Source: Thraustochytrium aureum (Eukaryota). From it: a DNA stretch of 20,000 nucleotides. Both the position numbers and the translations under genes were made by a program. Under the pieces are notes generated by a model. The model was not told where the DNA came from, ran no database searches, and worked only from the letters and a program-made list of their open reading frames with translations. The stretch is taken from contig BLSG01000375.1 of NCBI GenBank assembly GCA_012862495.1, forward strand, positions 173,051-193,050, in the 5' to 3' direction. Below, piece after piece: positions 1-12,302 of the stretch (its first letter is position 1; each line of letters starts with the position of its first letter).

Positions 1-1
1 C

Positions 2-3000
2 GCCTCGCTGGCAGTCCACGACGAGTTCCTTTTCATGGTCATCAAACTCCTCGAGCTCATCTCGATGGGCATGGACTACCGTCCGATGCCGCTTTTGGAA
101 ACGATTTGCCAGGTCACCCTGCCGACACTGCTCCGGAACCGCCACCGGACGATCGAGATCATTACGCGCAAAGACGCCACGCTGAGCTACGATCTCGGCG
201 ACGACGAAGAGAGCGAAGAGAGCGACGGGCCGAGTCCGCAGCCCTTGCTGCCGAGCCTGCTCCGGGGGAGCCTCTCGAGCAGCCGCTCGGCGGGGCCGCA
301 CCGCCCGGCCCGCAGCCTACTCCGGCCAGGCCGTCTATTGCAACTAGATTCACGGCCGATCGCGCGGCGCGCGGCGCCAGCTCGTCTAGCCTGGCTCTGC
401 ACAGCGAAAGCGGGGCCCAAGCGAGTCGCCCGAGCGAGCTCCAGCGCGCCGCAGGCGCCTTCGTGACCCAGGTCATCTGCAAGACGCTGATCAAGATGGT
501 GCGCAGCGACGACGATTACAAAGACCTGCTGAGGGATGCCGGTCTATTCCGCGAGGCCCTCGTGCCTTTCTTGCAAAAGGCCTCGCTATCCAGTCCAGAA
601 ACCGATCCGGAGCTCTTCACCCTGCTGCCAATCTGGAGCATGCTCCTATGCGACCTCCTCCTCGGCAACGCAGCGAACGAGGCCGTCCTGCGCGACCAAG
701 ACATCCACACAACGCTCTACGACCTCGTTCCTCGCTCGCCGAAGGCAGTGCTTGGCGTGCTTTTGCAGCTCTCGCGCTCCGATTCGGCCTACCTGGAACA
801 GGACCTCTCCGCCTTGCTAGAGTTGGTTCAACAGGCCAAGCAAAAGCGCGAGCTCGAGTGCGAGATTCTCTCTGCCATAGTGCAGATGATGCGCAAAAAT
901 CACAAAGTCAAAGACTTGCTGCGGCGCTTGGGCGGCTTTGAAAGCTTGCTCGCTGTGCTGCTGTCCCTCGAGTCGAGCTTTGAAAGCTCGCGGTCCGAGC
1001 ACGATCAACTCGTGGCACTTGGTCTGATGGAGCACGTGTTCCAGGCCTTCACAATCGCGATGACGGGCAACCACATCGCGAATCGGACATACATGCGCGA
1101 AGAGATCCGCTACGAGTCCCTCTCCTCGACGTGCCAGCTCATCGGGATATTCGGCTCCAAGCACGACGCCCGACTCGTCGACATGGTCCTCGACTGCGTC
1201 ACAGAAGCAGTTGCGGTGCATGCCCTCTCTCTTCGGCGCAGCTCGTCTGCTGGTCTCACCACCTCGACCTCGCCACCGTCGCCATCGACAGCATCGCCGT
1301 CGCCCACATCACCGGGGACCACAGAGTCGTCGACGCCTGGGCTTGGGCTCGCTGGGCGCCCTCACGTCCCACGCGCACCCCGCATCCGCAACGCGGATGC
1401 CTTTCAGGTGCTCACGATCAGGTTGTCTCTTCTGAGCCAAGCCGGTCTCGAGCGACTCCTGGAGAGGGTCGGGAGCATGGTCGAGGGGCAGGTGGGGGAG
1501 CAGGCAGCAAACTGCGAAATCCTCTCCCAAACGCTCGTTCCCAAGCTCTTGGACGAAGAGCTCTTCGATACGGTTGTTTGCGACTCCTCGCACCCGCTGC
1601 ACGACCTCGCCATAGCCCTCTTTGGCGCCTTGGCGCGGCACCAGTCCACATCGAAGACCATCACGCGTCAATTTGACAAACTGTTTTGGGCAATCAATAA
1701 CGGCGACGACGCCTGTGCGGAGGCGATGCTGCGACTGCTCAACATCGCGACAGGCGCAAACGCGATGGGCTCCAAGTTCTCCTGCGCGTACGTGCAAATG
1801 GCAGGACCCAGCGATGTCTTCCTACTCGCAGGAACACCAGGCCAAGGAGGCGCAGAGCCCGGCTCGGCCCAGCCCCGGAAAGTGATCAGCCCAACCAGCC
1901 AGATGTCGTTGGTGCAAGAGAACGCCCCTGGCAACTTGCACATCGCCGGACTGGGCAAGCGCAGCTGGCCCCCAGCCATTGGCTACTCGCTCTCGATGTG
2001 GGTTTGGCTCGGCGAGGACGTCGGGGAGGAGATTCTCCTTGCATCTGTGCGCAACTCTGACGGCCAGCAGCTGTTGCGTGTTACCCTCGAGTCTGGGAAC
2101 GCCATCCGCTGTGTCACGTGCGGTGGAGGAGCCGCCGCAAGCTGTGGACAGCAGCAGGCCGGGCTTCGGAGCGGTCGCGGCAACTGGATCAAGCGGCGGC
2201 ATCTCAGGACTTGCTGCGACTGCTGCCGCTCGGGCCAGCAACGGCGAGCTGAACAAACTGTCTATGGCAGCTATGGCGGCAGTCATGGCCGCAGCGGAAG
2301 CTAGCGCCTCGTTCACTTCCGCGCTGCAGCCCAAGGGCAGCAGCAGCAAGAAGGAGCAGGCGCTGCGGCAAATGCAACAGCAACAGCAACACCAGCAAGG
2401 CTCTGATATCAAGCAGCGCATCGTCAACAGCATAGCGCCAGCATCAACCGTGTTTGCGGGGCTTGGCCTGTGCCAGGGCCGCTGGCACCACCTTCTTCTC
2501 GTGCACAAACTGCAGAGCAACCTCAACATTCTTTTGGACAAGTCGATGAATGGCCGGATGACGCTATTCCTCGACGGACAGGAGATCGCGACGCAAAAAC
2601 TGCCGTACCCAGCGTCGATGCCGAACGGGGGGCTCAAGACGTCCCTGTTTGTCGGCGTCGATCCTATCCTCGCAGCGACGCGGAGGCCCTCGGACCCCGT
2701 CCGGTACTGGCGCCTTGGGCCGCTCCAATTGCTGGACGTGCCAAAGGACGCAGCTGTGGCGCGCGCGCTCTTCCTTCTCGGCGTAGGCTACACCGGAACG
2801 CTGGCGAGAAGCTGCGCGACCTTGCGTGACCCGCGCAGCTTCACGACCGTGTTGCTCGAGCGCCTCGCCTCGTACGAAGAAGGTCGGCCAGTGGAGGAGC
2901 AGACCGCGGTGGTTGAGTACCTCAAGCGCCTCGGATTGCCGGACGCCTGCTGGAAGGACCTCTTGCAGAGCAGCTTGACGTTCTTGCACGCCAAAGGCTC

Positions 3001-6000
3001 GGTTGAGGCCGAGAATGTCGTGTTTTCGTTTTTCGCTGGCCGCAGGACCACGCTCGAAGGCTTCGAGAGTATCGACGCCAAGAGCCTGATTGAGAAGAAC
3101 ATTCGCGAGATAGACGTGCCGCGGACGGTGCTCATAAACAGCGAGACCTGGGGGACCCCTGGGTCCGGGCAGCAACCCATCTTAGCCGTCCTCGGAGGCG
3201 GGGCGTTCGCAGTCACGCCCCTCCCGCTGAGCGACACAATCAAGAGCATTGGCGGCATTCCAGTGACCCTGCGGCTCCTCGAGCTCTGTCGCGAGCCGCA
3301 CGTCGTCCTCACGGTCCTCGAGCTCTTGCGCAACTTGCTTGCTGGCCACGAGTACAATCGCTTTTCGTTCCGGAAGAACGCCGGGCACAATGTCCTGGCC
3401 TGGCTCCTTTTTGGGATTGCGCGGCATCGCCATGAGCTCTTTACGCCCCCGGTTTTCGAGGCAATGCTCAACCTTGCTGTTCTCGGTTCTGGCCGCACAG
3501 CTGTCATCGTTGACCCGGAAATGCTGCACCAGCTCGTTCTCAATCATCAGGTCTGGCGAGGCACAGAACGGTCGAGCTACCACCGGTGGCGATTTGTGAT
3601 CATCATTCTCCAGTGGCTCGGAAACCTCGTTGACAAGGACAATATCAATGTCCGGCTCAACCTGGACGCGCTCCACCGCCTCAACATCATAGACTGGGCG
3701 CTCGAGATGATGCTGTCTCTCGCCGTCGACATCCCCACGGACGACAGTATCGTATCCGATGTCCTCGCGGCCGCGCTGCAGTTCCTGCACAACATCAACA
3801 AGCAAAAGCTTGTGCGTCGCTCCATGTTTGAGCTTTTCAAGCACATCCTCGTCTCGCTGCCCGTGCAGCATACTGCAGCTGAAGTGCCAGAGGCTTCCGT
3901 TGCTGCGAAAGCGGGGCGGGAGGACTGGCACCCCCCAGATGCCCCGAGCCTGCAGGTCAGTCCAGCGCGTAGAGGCGGCCCCTCAGGTTTGTCGACGACC
4001 GAGGCGCGGGGTGTTGAGCCGTTCTCGGCTTCAACTGGAGCCGAGGCAGAGCCGAGCACAGCAGGGCCGCCCGTGGTCCGTGGAACTGAGCCAGATCTGA
4101 GCTCAGCAGAGCCACCCTTGGCTCCTGGAGCTGATCCAGATCAAGCAGACGCAGGTCAAGATGGTGCGACCCAGAGGACTAGTCCATGCCAAGACGCCGA
4201 AGACATGGATAACCCGGTGCTGGTTATGACGCCGCCTCGGCCGCCTCCTGTAGATCAGCAAGGCAGCGCGAGCTTGGCGCAGCCTGAGCGAGCCGCGGAG
4301 AGTGGGACGTTTGGCTCGGCAGCCCAGCCGGCGCGACCGACGGCGGCAAACACTGGGGTCGGCGGTACGCTTGAGATTCCTCGCTTGCAAACGCCTGGGT
4401 CCCCCGGGCACAGGCTGTACCCGCTGACCCCAAAGCGGCGTGGGCGACGTCGCACGGTGACCGACCTAATGATGGACCAAATCCAGCCCTTTTCCAGTCA
4501 GGCCCGCAGGGACAAGTTCATTTCGGACGACATTGTGTCAGCCAAGGGGGCAGAGATTCTGAAGAAGGTGCGATGCATGCTGTTCGAGCTGTTGCTCGAG
4601 CTACCAGAGTCGCCCCCGCCAGGCGCTGACGAGGCGCGGCACCGTATGGCCATTTATAGCGTGTACGCTGACATTCTGTCCGTGCCGTGGTTTGCCAGCC
4701 TGGTCAATCCGGCGCTGGATAGCGACACCTTTTTGCTGGCGATGCGGCTTCTTGTGGACGTCTTGCAGCAGAGCCCCGAGTTTGCGCGGCACTTTATCGT
4801 CACCGGCGGGTTCGCGATGGTGAGCTCTGCTGCTGCGCTTCACGCAGAGCTTCCAAGCGTGCTCTTCTCGCTCGTTGTGCTGCTGTATGGTATCCCAAGC
4901 TCGCTTCTGGGCCCCCCGATTCGGCTGAGGTCTGCTGCGGCGCAAGAGCACCACGACGGAAATGTCCACTCTGAGACTCCGCTTTTACACGCCGCGCTTC
5001 GGCCCTCGCGCGCTAGTGGGCTCTCTCTCGACGGCCGAATCAGCAGCTTTGTGAGCCCGGAGGTGAAACGCCGCCTTTTGAGTCGCAAGACGACGGTCGA
5101 GTCTGACACCAGCGCGCAAGTCCTCGAGACCGACCTTGTGGCCAAGTTTGACACGATGACGAGCCAAATCTCTGAAATCGCGCCGCCCACGTGGTACCTT
5201 GACGTCTACGCGTGCATTTTAGCCTTGCTCAAGCCGCTTATTTCGAACCACCTCGAGGCTGACACAGACGAAGACGAGCACGGGGACGTTGCACCAAGTC
5301 TGGCAGGTGACGGCGCTACACCTGGTAGTGCTGTGTCGCGCCGCGCGCAGTGGACTGCGCCGCGATGTCAAGCGTTGTGCGTTGACGTGTTTCGCCTCTT
5401 CAAAAAGACGGTCGAGTCGTTTCCAAGCAGCGCCTGGGTATTCACCGGGACGCGCGCGCTCGAGATTAGCTCGGATGCCATCTTCGACGAGGCCATGACC
5501 ATCGAGTTTGAGACAGGGCCCTGTCGAGAAGGGGACGCTGGGGTCTTTACCGGCCCAGTTGCGCAAGAAGCCATCTCCCTGTACGTGGAGCTGATTTACA
5601 TCGCCCTCTCGGAGGACTCTGGGCGGCGCGGGAGCGTCACGCCTGGCTTGGGCGGTCTCGGTGGCTCAGGGTCGAGACCGCCGTCGTCCGACGGCCTTCG
5701 CGCGTCGTTCTCGTCGAGTTCTCTCGGCAGCGGCGGCTCTGTGGCAGCACCTGGCGCGGGCGGCGGGGACTCAACTCTGAGTGGTTCCAACCGCATGATC
5801 AGGGCGCCGCCAAAGCCCGTGAAGGACCCCCGCAAGGTACTGGAGGCCATGATGAACTCGTTTCCGGCGAGCTGCGCCCCGATGCATGGACTGTGGTTCC
5901 AGGCCGCACTGGTCCAATCGTTGCTGCCATCTCTGACGCTGCTGCTGGACGACGCGACCTGGACGGCTCGGGAGAGCTCGGGGTCTATGATGAAGCTGCC

Positions 6001-9000
6001 ACATAATGCAGACCCAGCGAAGCTCGTTTCGTTGGTTTGCTTTGTGGCAGGCCGCGCCTCGTTTGGTTGGGTGCCCAATGCGGAGCACACCGTACTGGAG
6101 GTGATCGTGCAGGCTTTCCGCTGCATTGTCAAGGCGGAGCAGAACAGCCGCATTCTGCGGTGCATGCGCGGCCTCGTGTTGTGGAGCGTCTACACCGCGC
6201 TGGACAACGAGACGCTCCAGGAGAATGTCCAGTTGGTGCGGGCTGTGCTGCGCAACTTTGACGCCCTGAGGATCGATACGTTTTACAGCAGTTTGGTGCC
6301 GACTCCGCGCAGTTCGCCAAGCGAAGGCTACCGAGAGCCCTACGTCCAGTCCTCGATGATCCCGAGCCCACTGCGCCAGCACTTCAACTTGTACGACGAG
6401 ACCGCTATTTTCGTTTTGTGCGCAATCTACCTACTTTTGAAGCAGGTCGAGGACGGCTCTGCTGGGACAGAGGGGTGCGCCGCAGCGCTCGAGCTCGTTG
6501 CGACGTTGCTCGACGGGAAACGCAGCCTTCTCATGCATGACCCCGGCTTGGCTGCCCTTTTGCAGGGGCTCGAGATGCCCCCAGCCAGCGATCCTGGAGT
6601 CGGTGGTGCCGGCGCCGGCGTCGCGGCGCCAAGCGCGGCGGTCGTTGAGGCAGGCTGCGCCTGGGTCAAGGGCCCGCACTGGCAGGCTTGTGAGCCGTGG
6701 CTTCGCAAGCTGTGGATGCACGTGCAGCGCATCGAGCTGTTCGGAAGCCACCTGCAATGTGGCCTGCTGAACATGCGAAACGTCAACCCAGGTCTACACC
6801 GGCCGCCAGGGAAGCGCGGCATGCTAAAGTCGGAAATCGAGTTCATGCAAGGATCGCGCCGGGAGCGGCATGACGCCTTTCTCGCTGCGCAGATCTCGAC
6901 TGCGGTTCTCCTCGGCCACGAAGCGAGGGACCTAATGTTGTCGACACAGAAGGAGGCTGTCGAGCGCCATCGCCGTTGGCAGCGCGTGGGGCTCGAGCGT
7001 TTACTCCGTGGCAAGCGCGTTTGGAAGGCGCAGGGGGACACCTTTCTGGGCGGCGTGCACAGGTCCTTTTTCTTGGGCGGGGAACAGGCGGGCGCTGCGA
7101 GCCAGGACAAGGCTGGCGACTGCGCCTACTCGAGCGAGGTGCGGTGGATGCTCGACTGCAACGAAGGCAAGGACCGCATGCGGCGGCGCGTGGAGACGCA
7201 CCTTGCCTTTGCNNNNNNNNNNNNNNNNNNNNNNNNNNNNNNNNNNNNNNNNNNNNNNNNNNNNNNNNNNNNNNNNNNNNNNNNNNNNNNNNNNNNNNNN
7301 NNNNNNNNNNNNNNNNNNNNNNNNNNNNNNNNNNNNNNNNNNNNGGTAGCGCCACTGGAAACGGCGCGGGCGATGAGCAGCAGCCCGACCGGGCTAGAGG
7401 ATGAGCTCAACCTGGTGTTGCGGAGCATACGGGCGCCAAAGCGAGCTGTTGCCTCTGGCCGAATTCGGAGCCTCACTGAGGTTGAAGATGGCGATACCGG
7501 TCAGAGCGGCCGCTTTGATGTTGCCGGGGACGACGAGGACGGCGACGGCCAGCACATGCCGAAGGATGCGCCACACGCAAAGGCTTATCGCGTGCACCGC
7601 AAGGCCCTCAGCATGTACATCTCTTCTTCAGCGATGTTCGACGAAGATTCTGGTGGCGAGGGCCACGACGCGGAGGAAACTGCTGACTCGCCGCAGGAGC
7701 ACGATGGTGTTGAAGCGACGAATGCCTCAGGCGGCGTGTCCGTGGCAGACGCAGGCGATGGGGGGGACTGGATTCGGTGGTTGAGCTCGATGCCGAAGCG
7801 GAGGATTTTGAAGATGATTCTGGCGATTCTGATGAGGCTGATCTCGGTGAGGATGACGAAGAGGATGGAAACGAATCCGTCGTGGCCGTGGGCTTTGGCG
7901 CTGTGGATGCAAATAGGGAGGACAGCGAGAGCGGCGGGTCCTTCCAACCCCCGGGTGTGCGTGAAAGTGCCAAAAAAGCCGTGGCGACAGTGGGAGTATC
8001 GTGGAGGGTTCGGGGAGGTTTGCAGCCCAGTATGCCAGCCCCGCTGAGGTGCACGTGGAGGGCCGGGATGCTGGAGCTGCCGTGGCGGCAACGCCAGGCG
8101 ACGGTGGAGCAGAGGCGGCGGCCAGCCGCGACACCGACGACGCATTTCAAGCGTCGAGTGGGCCAGAAGCGCAAGGCCGTGAAAGCGACGGTGACGGTGC
8201 ATGCTCTGATCCTGCGTCGAGCGCAGTATTTGCCGCCGCAAACCAAATCAGCTCCAGCGCGGCACCTACTCCGGCTATTGTGGAGCAAGAGCCAACTGGC
8301 GCTGGGGGCGCGCCTCCTCGTTCGTCCACGCCAGTGCCGAGCGACCTGGCAGGTGCGCAGGTGACCGTTTCGATCGAAGACGAAATGGCAGCGCTTGGCT
8401 GGGAGAACGCAGAGCGGATTCTTACCGAGCTGGACCAGGGCGACCACAAGCCCGAACGGAGCTTGAACTGCTCGGAAGTGACCGGCATGGAGGCATCGCA
8501 AGGGGTTTGCTTGGTTTGCCCAAACGGCGTGTATTTTGCGAGCAACTACGAGGTCGCAGAGAACGGCGCCGTTCTAGAGTTGCGAAACACGGTGACTGCT
8601 TCAACTTGCTTCGACGTAGCCGAGGTGGACGGATACCTTCGCGTGCTCGCGCGCAGTGGGGTGGCGGAAGCCGGCCCCGGCGCGGGCGCCTGGGTCGAGT
8701 CTGGGTCACCAAAGTCGCTCAGATCTGACGATGGCCGCACGGGGCCGAGCGGCGCGGGCGCGCCTCCGCCTGGTGACGCCGCCGTCGCGCACAGGTTCGT
8801 CAAGCTACGGTACGAGCATGTCCGCGAGGTGTACCGGCGCCGCTACATGTTTGCCGAGGTTGGCCTGGAGCTCTTTGCGGTGGACGGGCTCAACTTCCTT
8901 TTGGTCTTCAGCAAGCCCGAGGACCGCGACTGGGTATTCACCAAGATCCTCTCGCGCGAGTTGCCGAACTTGGTGATTTCCAAGTCTGCGGAGATGCAGG

Positions 9001-11247
9001 GACTTGCGCAGTCGACCTTGATGAACCCAGACGGCCTTTCTCTGGGGGCCCTGATGGCGCCCTGGCGGCGCTTCCGCGCTTCTGTGACGCGCAAGTGGCG
9101 GGATGGCGAGATCTCCAACTTTGCCTACCTGGTGTACCTCAACACTCTCGCAGGGCGCTCGCATAACGACCTGACCCAGTACCCAGTGTTCCCCTGGGTT
9201 TTGCGGCAGTACACCGAGGATACTCTCGACCTTGACGACCCTGAATCCTATCGAGACCTGAGCAAGCCGATGGGTGCGCTCAACCCTGAGCGAGCTCGGC
9301 AATTCATCGAGCGGTACAACTCCCTCGCTGGCGTCGCCGACGAGACCCAAATCAAGCCGTTCCACTATGGAACGCACTACTCGTGCTCGGCGTACGTGTT
9401 GCAGTTTCTTCTCCGGCTGGAGCCGTTCACGCAGATGGCGCTCGAGCTGCAGGGGGGGCAGTTCGACAGGCCCGACCGGCTGTTTCACTCTTTCGCGCAG
9501 AGCTGGCGGAGCGTTTCGGGAGAGGACTTTAACGCCCAGGACGTGCGCGAGCTGATTCCCGAGTTTTACTACTTGCCAGAGTTTCTCCAGAACAGCAANN
9601 NNNNNNNNNNNNNNNNNNNNNNNNNNNNNNNNNNNNNNNNNNNNNNNNNNNNNNNNNNNNNNNNNNNNNNNNNNNNNNNNNNNNNNNNNNNNNNNNNNNN
9701 NNNNNNNNNNNNNNNNNNNNNNNNNNNNNNNNNNNNNNNNNNNNNNNNNNNNNNNNNNNNNNNNNNNNNNNNNNNNNNNNNNNNNNNNNNNNNNNNNNNN
9801 NNNNNNNNNNNNNNNNNNNNNNNNNNNNNNNNNNNNNNNNNNNNNNNNNNNNNNNNNNNNNNNNNNNNNNNNNNNNNNNNNNNNNNNNNNNNNNNNNNNN
9901 NNNNNNNNNNNNNNNNNNNNNNNNNNNNNNNNNNNNNNNNNNNNNNNNNNNNNNNNNNNNNNNNNNNNNAACCCGGACGAGATCGACGACCCGCTCGTGC
10001 GCAAGGCGACACTGGCGCAGATCCACAACTTTGGCCAAACCCCGCGCAAACTCTTTTCCAAGCCGCACCCACGCCGCGCGGTGCCGCGCATCCGCCACGA
10101 CGAGCCGATTTTGGCGGCAGACGTGCTGGCTGTGCAGTGGCACTCGCGCCTCGCGCCACCGCTGGTTGTTCCCGGGAGGTTTTCCCGTGTCGCGGTGAGC
10201 CAGCCCGGCGTCAACGCGCCTGAGGCCGAGGCGCTGCCGGGCCAGGTGAGTTTGGTGCGCCTCGAGGCCCCTGTGGTTCGCGTGGTGGGGATGCTAGGCG
10301 TCGCCTCGGTGCGGGACATCGTTTTCGAGTCGAGCGACAAGGTCCTGGGCACCGTGAATTGCACGTCGATCGTGCGGCCCTCGCGCGCATTCTACGTGAG
10401 CTGGGGAAGCGAGAGCGGGTCCCTGCGCCTCCACTCAATCGCGACCTCGGCGCTAAAGTATGGCCCTGTGGCCAGCTCCGACAAGGTCGTTGCCTCGTTT
10501 GAGGCCCTGCACAATGGGCGCATCACCGCCTGCGTCGTCAACGATGACGGCAAGCAGGTTTGGACCGGGGGGGAGGACGCGCTTGTTTCCGTGTGGCAGC
10601 TTCGCAAGCACAAGAACCGATCTAGCCAATGGGTTCTGGACCAGATCGAGTGCCTGACTGCGCACAAGTCGCGCGTAACTTGCCTGGCGACTTGCCAGCT
10701 TCAAGGCATTGCCGTGTCGGGAAGCAAAGACTGCACCGTGGTGCTCTGGGACTTGGACAAGAAGCGGTTCATTCGTCGGCTTGGAGACCAGACAACGGCG
10801 ATCGCGGAGGTCTCGATCAACTCGAGCAACGGCAACGTCTTGGCATTGAGCGGCCAGGAGCTGCTGTGCTGGCACGTCAATGGGACCGCCCTGGCCTCGA
10901 TCAACTTTGGCACAGTGCTCCTGGGCCCGTCGTTGCGGCTCGCGGCAGTTCGCAGCGTGCTGGCCACAGGTTGTGATGACTACCACGACGGCATTGTCGC
11001 CGTGACGGGGCATGACGGTGGCGTGATCGCGTTGTGGGATCTCGAGGAGGGCGCTGGGAAGCGGGACTTTAAGCTTCGTGTGGTGCTCCGAACCGGCATC
11101 GACGCGTCCGTGACGGCTCTGGCAGTCGATGCTCTGCAGCGTCGGCTTGCCGTCGGCGACGCCTGGGGCAACATTCAGGTTTGGGCCAGCGCCGAGACCA
11201 ACATCAGCATGAGCAAGACGACCGAGTTTTTCGCGCGGAACCGCTGA
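2..11247 (+). CDS. Giant BEACH-domain protein, 5'-partial, roughly 3700 aa visible (ARM-like region, ConA-like domain, PH-BEACH, BEACH, WD40); WDFY3/ALFY-LvsA-SPIRRIG type; no C-terminal FYVE seen
   Basis: Protein-like frames join end to end: 2-~295, ~295-2118, 2120-7765, 7765-7977, 7977-9598, gap, 9970-11247. ConA-like WPPAIGYSLSMWV at ~1966. PH-BEACH motif VREVYRRRYMFAEVGLELF. BEACH motifs WRDGEISNFAYLVYLNTLAGRSHNDLTQYPVFPWV, YRDLSKPMGAL, FHYGTHYS, LQGGQFDRPDRLFHS, DVRELIPEFYYLPEFL, NFGQTP. WD40 motifs AHKSRVTCL..SGSKDCTVVLWD. Stop TGA at 11245-11247. Confidence 0.93.
7213..7344. other. Assembly gap (132 N) inside BEACH CDS, frame preserved
   Basis: N run; same frame is protein-like on both sides. 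Confidence 0.95.
9599..9969. other. Assembly gap (371 N) removing the middle of the BEACH domain
   Basis: N run between PEFLQNSN and NPDEIDDP; frame differs across the gap. Confidence 0.95.
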
Positions 11248-11255
11248 CGAGACTC

Positions 11256-11287
11256 TGGAAAGCAAGCAGTTTGGAAAGCAAGCAGTT
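11256..11287 (+). repeat. Perfect 16-nt tandem duplication TGGAAAGCAAGCAGTT x2 in the convergent 3' spacer
   Basis: Copies at 11256-11271 and 11272-11287, followed by T-rich tracts ~11293-11320. Confidence 0.9.
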
Positions 11288-11326
11288 GTACCTTTTTTTT
11301 CTTTCAACTTTTTTTCTCTTGCGAGC

Positions 11327-11873
11327 TCAAGGGGCCGCGTTTTCGAGGCGAGCCTTGTCTGTCTTTCGGGTGGGCTGTAGGCTGTCAAAGAGGGCAAGGA
11401 CAGCGCGGACCTTGTCTCGCGCCTCGGACTCGGCGAGGTGGCGGAGCTTGATCCCCAGCATCACAAGCACGGGCTTCTTGCCGGCTGCGAGGCGCTCCAT
11501 CAGCTGGCGGCCAAGCAGGCGCGAGTACATGTCTTCACGGTCGCCGAGGACAACCTCGACATTGAACGTCTTGCCGAGCTCGTCCAAGGAGCACTCGAGC
11601 ACAGTGCCAATCTTGCCCAGGTCGGAGCAGAACACGACGACGCGGTCCGAGTAATGAGTAACGATCACCTCAAGGTCGTCCTGCAAGATGCCGCCGCGGG
11701 GAAGGAAGGCGGAGCGGTCAGCGCGAGCCCAGTTGTGCGACTAGTGCGGCAGCCACGAAACTCACCTTGCGCGTGCACTGCATGGGCGGGAAACCTGGCC
11801 GCGCGTCCAGCTGGCGGGGGGTCTCGCCGACCTCGACGACCTCGGTTTCCGCCTCGCGGACGAGGGCGGCCAT
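11327..11873 (-). CDS. PSMG3: Proteasome assembly chaperone 3 (PAC3) homolog, 153 aa, 2 exons (11873-11766, 11680-11327)
   Basis: Exon 1 MAALVREAETEVVEVGETPRQLDARPGFPPMQCTRK. Phase-0 85-nt intron GTGAGT...GCTGAC...TTGCAG. Exon 2 DDLEVIVTHYSDRVVVFCSDLGKIGTVLEC..VEVVLGDRED..KPVLVMLGIK matches the PAC3 pattern as recalled. Confidence 0.8.
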
Positions 11874-11891
11874 CGCGTGTCACAGGGTGAC

Positions 11892-12288
11892 CTAGCTTGA
11901 GTCGGCGGGCGGGCGGGCGGGAAGCTCGCCTCCTGCGCCTCCGGCAGCAGCTCTCTGCGCGGCCTCTTCCGCCAGGCGCCGCTTCTCCCGCAGCGGTTTG
12001 AGGGTCTTCTCGTCGTTCTTGTACACCCAGCTAATCGTGCGGGCGTTCGTCAGCGCGCCGCACGCAGGTCAGCCAGCCAGCCAGCCAGCTGCAGGTCAGC
12101 GTCGCGGGCATGAACCGCCCGAGATGCCCGGCCCGCGCGCACGCCAGGCGCACGCACCGACAGGGGCCAGGCGGCCCGCCGCCGCTCGCGCGCGCGCTGC
12201 TGGCCCTCTCTAGCACTTACAGTCCGAAGCAGAGCGCCGCTGGCAGGCCGAGGATCAGGGCGTCCGTCTTGCGCATGCCGCGCTGCAT
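11892..12288 (-). CDS. Spliced 68-aa single-pass membrane microprotein, unknown family (exons 12288-12221, 12030-11892)
   Basis: Donor GTAAGT at 12220, branch-like GCTGAC, acceptor ATTAG at 12031. The phase-2 join gives MQRGMRKTDALILGLPAALCFGLWVYKNDEKTLKPLREKRRLAEEAAQRAAAGGAGGELPARPPADSS*. Confidence 0.7.
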
Positions 12289-12302
12289 GGAGCGAGCAAA
12301 AT

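Noticed and set aside
7757..7980. Programmed -1 ribosomal frameshifting
   Set aside because: The G7 and A6 runs are not in the X_XXY_YYZ register, and several shifts in one gene would leave little full-length product; indel error is simpler
162..11397. Many antisense and alternate-frame ORFs over the BEACH gene
   Set aside because: Expected shadows of GC-rich coding sequence; no motifs
11874..11894. Stop-codon readthrough fusing the microprotein to PAC3
   Set aside because: The 18-nt spacer is in frame but contains a second stop (GTC ACC CTG TGA)
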